Shown here: one piece after another, positions 60,460-64,000 of the stretch | Layout: every line of letters starts with the position of its first letter | How positions within the stretch are numbered: the first letter of the stretch is position 1 | Origin: Acidimicrobiales bacterium | GTDB taxonomy: Bacteria; Actinomycetota; Acidimicrobiia; Acidimicrobiales; JBBSGY01 | Reading direction: 5' to 3' | DNA: 64,000 nt | Assembly (NCBI GenBank): GCA_044220495.1 | Contig: JBGAQY010000001.1 | Coordinates: 126,515 to 190,514, forward strand | Notes under the pieces: generated by a model | Databases searched by the model: none | What the model saw: the letters and a program-made list of their open reading frames with translations, nothing else | Told to the model about the DNA's origin: nothing | Made by a program: the position numbers and the translations under genes

Positions 60460-61740
60460 CTACTCCTTCTGTTTGCGGCGGAACTCTTCGGTGCTGAGGA
60501 ATGCTGTCACTGCGTCATTCAGGCTGAAGCGTTCTCCGTTGCTTCTTGAAGTACAGGCATCGGGCCCGACACCAAAGGTTGGAAGCTTTGATCCTTTGAT
60601 TGGTGGTGCCTGTTGTAGGACGTCACCGTGTGGTGTTGTGACCATGAAGCCTGTTGGCACCTTGTTGATGCTGAAGCCACCTTCGTGAACAGCTCGGTGA
60701 TGATGTCGACAAAGTAAGACCAAGTTGTCGAGGCTGGTGGCGCCTTGTTGGCTCCAGTGTTTGATGTGGTGACCATCGACAAAAGCCCTGTTGTTGCAGC
60801 CAGTGAACCTGCAGTGGTTGTCTCGTTTGTGGAGTGCTCGTTTGATGGCTGGTGGGATAGATCTCGACTTTCTGCCGATATCTAGTGGTTGACCACGAGA
60901 TCCAATCAACATGGGAACTACAGATGCATCACAGCTGAGCCTTCTAGCTGTTTCAGGTTCGATACGGGCGTTGTCATCAACAACACAAGTGCCGTCTTCA
61001 TCACTAGCAAGGGTCTCTGCATCAGCAACCACCATCACGCTGTGACGTTCCTGACACGCTGAGGGCCCACTAGCAAGAACTGTTTCTGCCATCACCGCTA
61101 GAGCATCGGCGTTCTTTTGCTCATGAGACGTTTCCATCGAAACGCCCTCACGTGCTTTTTCAAGGCCCTTGATGAACAATGCTCCATCTTCTGGAGATAA
61201 ACGACCACGGATCTCTAGAGAACCTTCTTCATTCCAGAACCAAGACAACAACCGCCGTTGATGTCTTTCGTTTACCTCATCAAGAGATCCTCTTCGGTAT
61301 CCACGGATGAATCTCTCGAGTTGAGGAGTAGTTGCCTCTAGGGCCATTTCCAAGAACATGTCTTCATTAAGTGGAGTAGCCACACGCGAAACAGCTCGGA
61401 CCTTGGCATAAGAGAGTTCACCACGAAGGAAATGCGACGTGACCAGGGGTAATGACGACAAAGACCGAGCTACGCGGACTCGTTCACGAGCAGCACCAGG
61501 GCTAAACCCACAACGCCATGACAGCCAGTGGGCCATTGACTGAATACCCCAGACCTCCCAACCACTTCGTCTGTCGAACTCAGCAACCAACAACAGCATT
61601 CGACAAGTTGCTGCTGCTAACTGTCCAGCAAAAGTGCAGATCTCATGTTCGATGCGTTCGAGAGGAACCTGACCCAACGTTTCGATGGAAACCTCAACGC
61701 GCGGATCGAATGGTTCATCAGAGGGTGCTGCAACTGCCAT
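60460..61740 (-). CDS. DUF222 / HNH endonuclease (13E12-repeat family-like)
   Basis: SMAHWLSWRCG, GELSYAKV, ARRLSCDA, RDNHCRFTGC, HHIKHW, LDNLVLLCRHHHRAVHEG. Visibly more AT-rich than the flanks. Confidence 0.92.
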   Translation of the reverse strand: MAVAAPSDEPFDPRVEVSIETLGQVPLERIEHEICTFAGQLAAATCRMLLLVAEFDRRSGWEVWGIQSMAHWLSWRCGFSPGAARERVRVARSLSSLPLVTSHFLRGELSYAKVRAVSRVATPLNEDMFLEMALEATTPQLERFIRGYRRGSLDEVNERHQRRLLSWFWNEEGSLEIRGRLSPEDGALFIKGLEKAREGVSMETSHEQKNADALAVMAETVLASGPSACQERHSVMVVADAETLASDEDGTCVVDDNARIEPETARRLSCDASVVPMLIGSRGQPLDIGRKSRSIPPAIKRALHKRDNHCRFTGCNNRAFVDGHHIKHWSQQGATSLDNLVLLCRHHHRAVHEGGFSINKVPTGFMVTTPHGDVLQQAPPIKGSKLPTFGVGPDACTSRSNGERFSLNDAVTAFLSTEEFRRKQKE

Positions 61741-61746
61741 GCCCAA

Positions 61747-61768
61747 ACGCTACGGCGAGGGTGTGACA
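61747..61768 (-). promoter_or_regulatory. RecA-NDp/PafBC-like leaderless promoter of the DUF222-HNH gene
   Basis: TGTCAC-N10-TAGCGT-N6-ATG resembles the TGTCGG-N10-TANNNT PafBC motif. Confidence 0.6.
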
Positions 61769-61912
61769 TCCGATGAGGCGGGTGCGGCGCGGCGGCAGTC
61801 GGCGCAGTGACGCGTGCGCCAGTGCGCTTTTCGATTCTTAACACAATCGACAAATAGGATATATCGCTCACCCGGTACCCTCGATATTCAGGGATTTTGA
61901 CTAGGGGGCAGT

Positions 61913-63817
61913 ATGAATGTTTTGCACGCGCCGCGACGCGCTAGGTCGTTGACGGCAACGATCATTGCGCTTGTTTTGGGCAGCGCCGGCTTGGGCGTGA
62001 CGTTGTTGGCGACCTCAAACGCGAACGCGGCCAGCGTCACAACCGTTCGCATCGATTCGGGTGCGACGCAGAACTACACCGACGGCCAAGGGCGCGTCTG
62101 GGGCGCCGACCGGTATTACTCGGCTGGTTCCGGCGGCTCGGGCGTCGTAATTCCCGCCGGCACGGCCATCTCGGGTGCCAACTATCCAAAGCTCTACGAG
62201 ACTGAACGATGGGGCCTGGCGGGATATGCCGTCCCGCTTCCAAACGACAAGTACACGGTCAATCTAAAGTTCGCCGAGATCAACCCAGCATCGGGAACCC
62301 GCTCATTCAATGTTTCGCTCGAAGGCGCGCAAGTTTTGAGTGCATTCAGTCCTGCCGTTGCAGCGGGCGGCAATTACAAGGCAATCACGAAGTCGTTCAC
62401 AGCAAGCGTTGCCGACGGCACACTCAATATTGGTTTTGCAGCCATTCAAAACGCTGCGTCGATTAGCGCAATCGAGATCATCGGCACGACAGCCGTAACA
62501 AGCTCGACTACGTCAACCACCGCGACAACCAAGCCGCCAACAACGGTGCCGACAACACTTGCACCACCATCGACAGCAACGGCCGTGCGAATCGACTCAG
62601 GTTCGACGGTCGCACGAACCGACAGCGCCGGCCGCGTTTGGGCCGCAGACAAGAACTTTGCCGCCGGCTCAGGAGGCACAGGTGTGGTGATTCCGAGTGG
62701 AACGCCGATTGCGGGAACTGCCGACCAGGTCTTGTATCAAACCGAACGGTGGGGACTAACGGGGTATTCAATTCCCGTCACCAACGGCACCTACGCAGTC
62801 AATTTGAGATTTGCCGAAATCAATCCTGCCTCTGGTACTCGCAGCTTTGACGTAGCAATCGAGGGCAACAAAGTGCTAACTGCGTTTAGTCCTGCTGTTG
62901 CAGCCGGTGGCAATTACGTGGCTATAACAAAGTCATTCACAGCAAACGTGTCTGACGGTGTCTTGAACATCGGCTTTACCGCAATCAAGAACGCTCCCGC
63001 CATAAGCGCAATTGAAGTAATTGGAGGAGCACAGCCAAACCCCGCGACCACCACTACAACAACAAACGCGCCAACATCGACGACGAGGCCGCCAACGACA
63101 CTGGCACCAACAACAAGCACCACAACAACCTCGACGACCACAGCACCACCAACTCCGACCACGCCGATGCCCGTAGGAGTTGCTGGCAACTGGAAGTTGG
63201 CATTTCAAGATGAGTTCAACGGAACGAGCCTTGATACATCGAAGTGGATTGCCCTCAACAACTGGAACATGAACAACGTCAAGGCCTACGCTTCGAACGT
63301 TTCGGTGTCGGGTGGCGCGTTGCACTTAGCGCTCCCCAACTCATCGTCGGGTGCCTTCGTAAGCAGCGCTCCTTACGACGGCGCCGGCAGCAACGGGTTT
63401 GTATTGCCGATCAACGGATATGCCGAATCACGCGTGTTCTTCCCGGGCACTGGAAGCACTTGTTATAACTGGCCCGCGTGGTGGAGCTCAGGGCCTGCAT
63501 GGCCTGCGGCCGGCGAGCATGACATCGCCGAAGTCTTGGGCGGGTCGTTGACCGTCAACTACCACTCGCCGTCTGGGTCGCACAATCAAGGTTCAGTCTC
63601 TGGCAGCTGGTGCGGGTCGTATCACGTCTACGGCGTTTACCGCATGGCGAAAAGCGCCGCCGTTTATTGGGACGGCAAGCTCGTCAAGACTTATTCGACT
63701 GACGACAACGGCGGAGGCGAAGCGCTGTTGTTGAACGTAGGCGACGGTGGTGTACACGTATACGGTTCAGCTGCGACCGTGAACGTCGACTATGTCAGAG
63801 CATGGCTTGCACAATGA
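61913..63817 (+). CDS. Secreted protein with two malectin domains and a GH16 catalytic domain
   Basis: Signal peptide ending ANA, two LYxTERWG...NLxFAEI...AISAIE malectin copies, Thr/Pro linkers, FQDEFNG, WPAWW, EHDIAE (ExDxxE) and VDYVR. Confidence 0.9.
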   Translation: MNVLHAPRRARSLTATIIALVLGSAGLGVTLLATSNANAASVTTVRIDSGATQNYTDGQGRVWGADRYYSAGSGGSGVVIPAGTAISGANYPKLYETERWGLAGYAVPLPNDKYTVNLKFAEINPASGTRSFNVSLEGAQVLSAFSPAVAAGGNYKAITKSFTASVADGTLNIGFAAIQNAASISAIEIIGTTAVTSSTTSTTATTKPPTTVPTTLAPPSTATAVRIDSGSTVARTDSAGRVWAADKNFAAGSGGTGVVIPSGTPIAGTADQVLYQTERWGLTGYSIPVTNGTYAVNLRFAEINPASGTRSFDVAIEGNKVLTAFSPAVAAGGNYVAITKSFTANVSDGVLNIGFTAIKNAPAISAIEVIGGAQPNPATTTTTTNAPTSTTRPPTTLAPTTSTTTTSTTTAPPTPTTPMPVGVAGNWKLAFQDEFNGTSLDTSKWIALNNWNMNNVKAYASNVSVSGGALHLALPNSSSGAFVSSAPYDGAGSNGFVLPINGYAESRVFFPGTGSTCYNWPAWWSSGPAWPAAGEHDIAEVLGGSLTVNYHSPSGSHNQGSVSGSWCGSYHVYGVYRMAKSAAVYWDGKLVKTYSTDDNGGGEALLLNVGDGGVHVYGSAATVNVDYVRAWLAQ

Positions 63818-63842
63818 CGACTGCGACTGGGCAGGCTCTTTC

Positions 63843-64000
63843 CTAGAACTGCGGAACAGCCGTTAACACCACACTTGTGCGGTATACGCCGGCGGGAGTG
63901 CTTGATGCACCCTGCAGGCGGTACCGCACAGTGAAAGTGTCATTCAGCGAAGAACCAGCGACGTTGCTTGCGTCCGCGATGATGTCACCCGGGCTCGTAA
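63843..64000 (-). CDS. C-terminus of a WxL-like beta-domain protein, 5'-truncated by window edge
   Basis: ...DTFTVRYRLQGASSTPAGVYRTSVVLTAVPQF* resembles the end of the 33803-35551 protein. Confidence 0.65.
   Translation of the reverse strand, partial: TSPGDIIADASNVAGSSLNDTFTVRYRLQGASSTPAGVYRTSVVLTAVPQF

Overview
GC-rich actinobacterial chromosome segment. The YWxVAxDGGIFxFGDA repeat domain, actinobacterial-type ATP synthase and Rho, and many leaderless genes point to class Acidimicrobiia (inference). Most of the window is intact housekeeping DNA: a GlgE-pathway alpha-glucan cluster (GH57/DUF3536, glgB, mak, treS, glgE, with glgP further on) interrupted by a 15-repeat SdrD-B adhesin; a PspC/LiaF-like two-component module; a yybP-ykoY riboswitch-controlled terC-smallORF-htpX-PGPGW operon; lemA-htpX; glpX; the F1Fo operon; and the wecA-tsaC-prmC-prfA-rpmE-rho-thrC-hom-lysA block. 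The most unusual region is 21.1-25.5 kb. It holds an operon of three tandem, highly diverged paralogues of VirD4/TraG-type coupling proteins that have lost Walker A and the Walker B Glu, share an R-[SQ]-L C-terminus, have no conjugation genes nearby, and lie next to two palindromic 50-bp direct repeats. Other points of interest: a HAD enzyme inside a hom-thrC operon lacking thrB, a GNAT-HAD-GNAT frameshifted mosaic, a DUF222-HNH gene with three copies of one palindrome and a PafBC-type promoter, two small membrane ORFs missed by the ORF track, and a perfect 91-bp tandem duplication. No tRNA, rRNA, CRISPR array or transposase was recognised. All family calls come from motif recognition by eye, not database searches.
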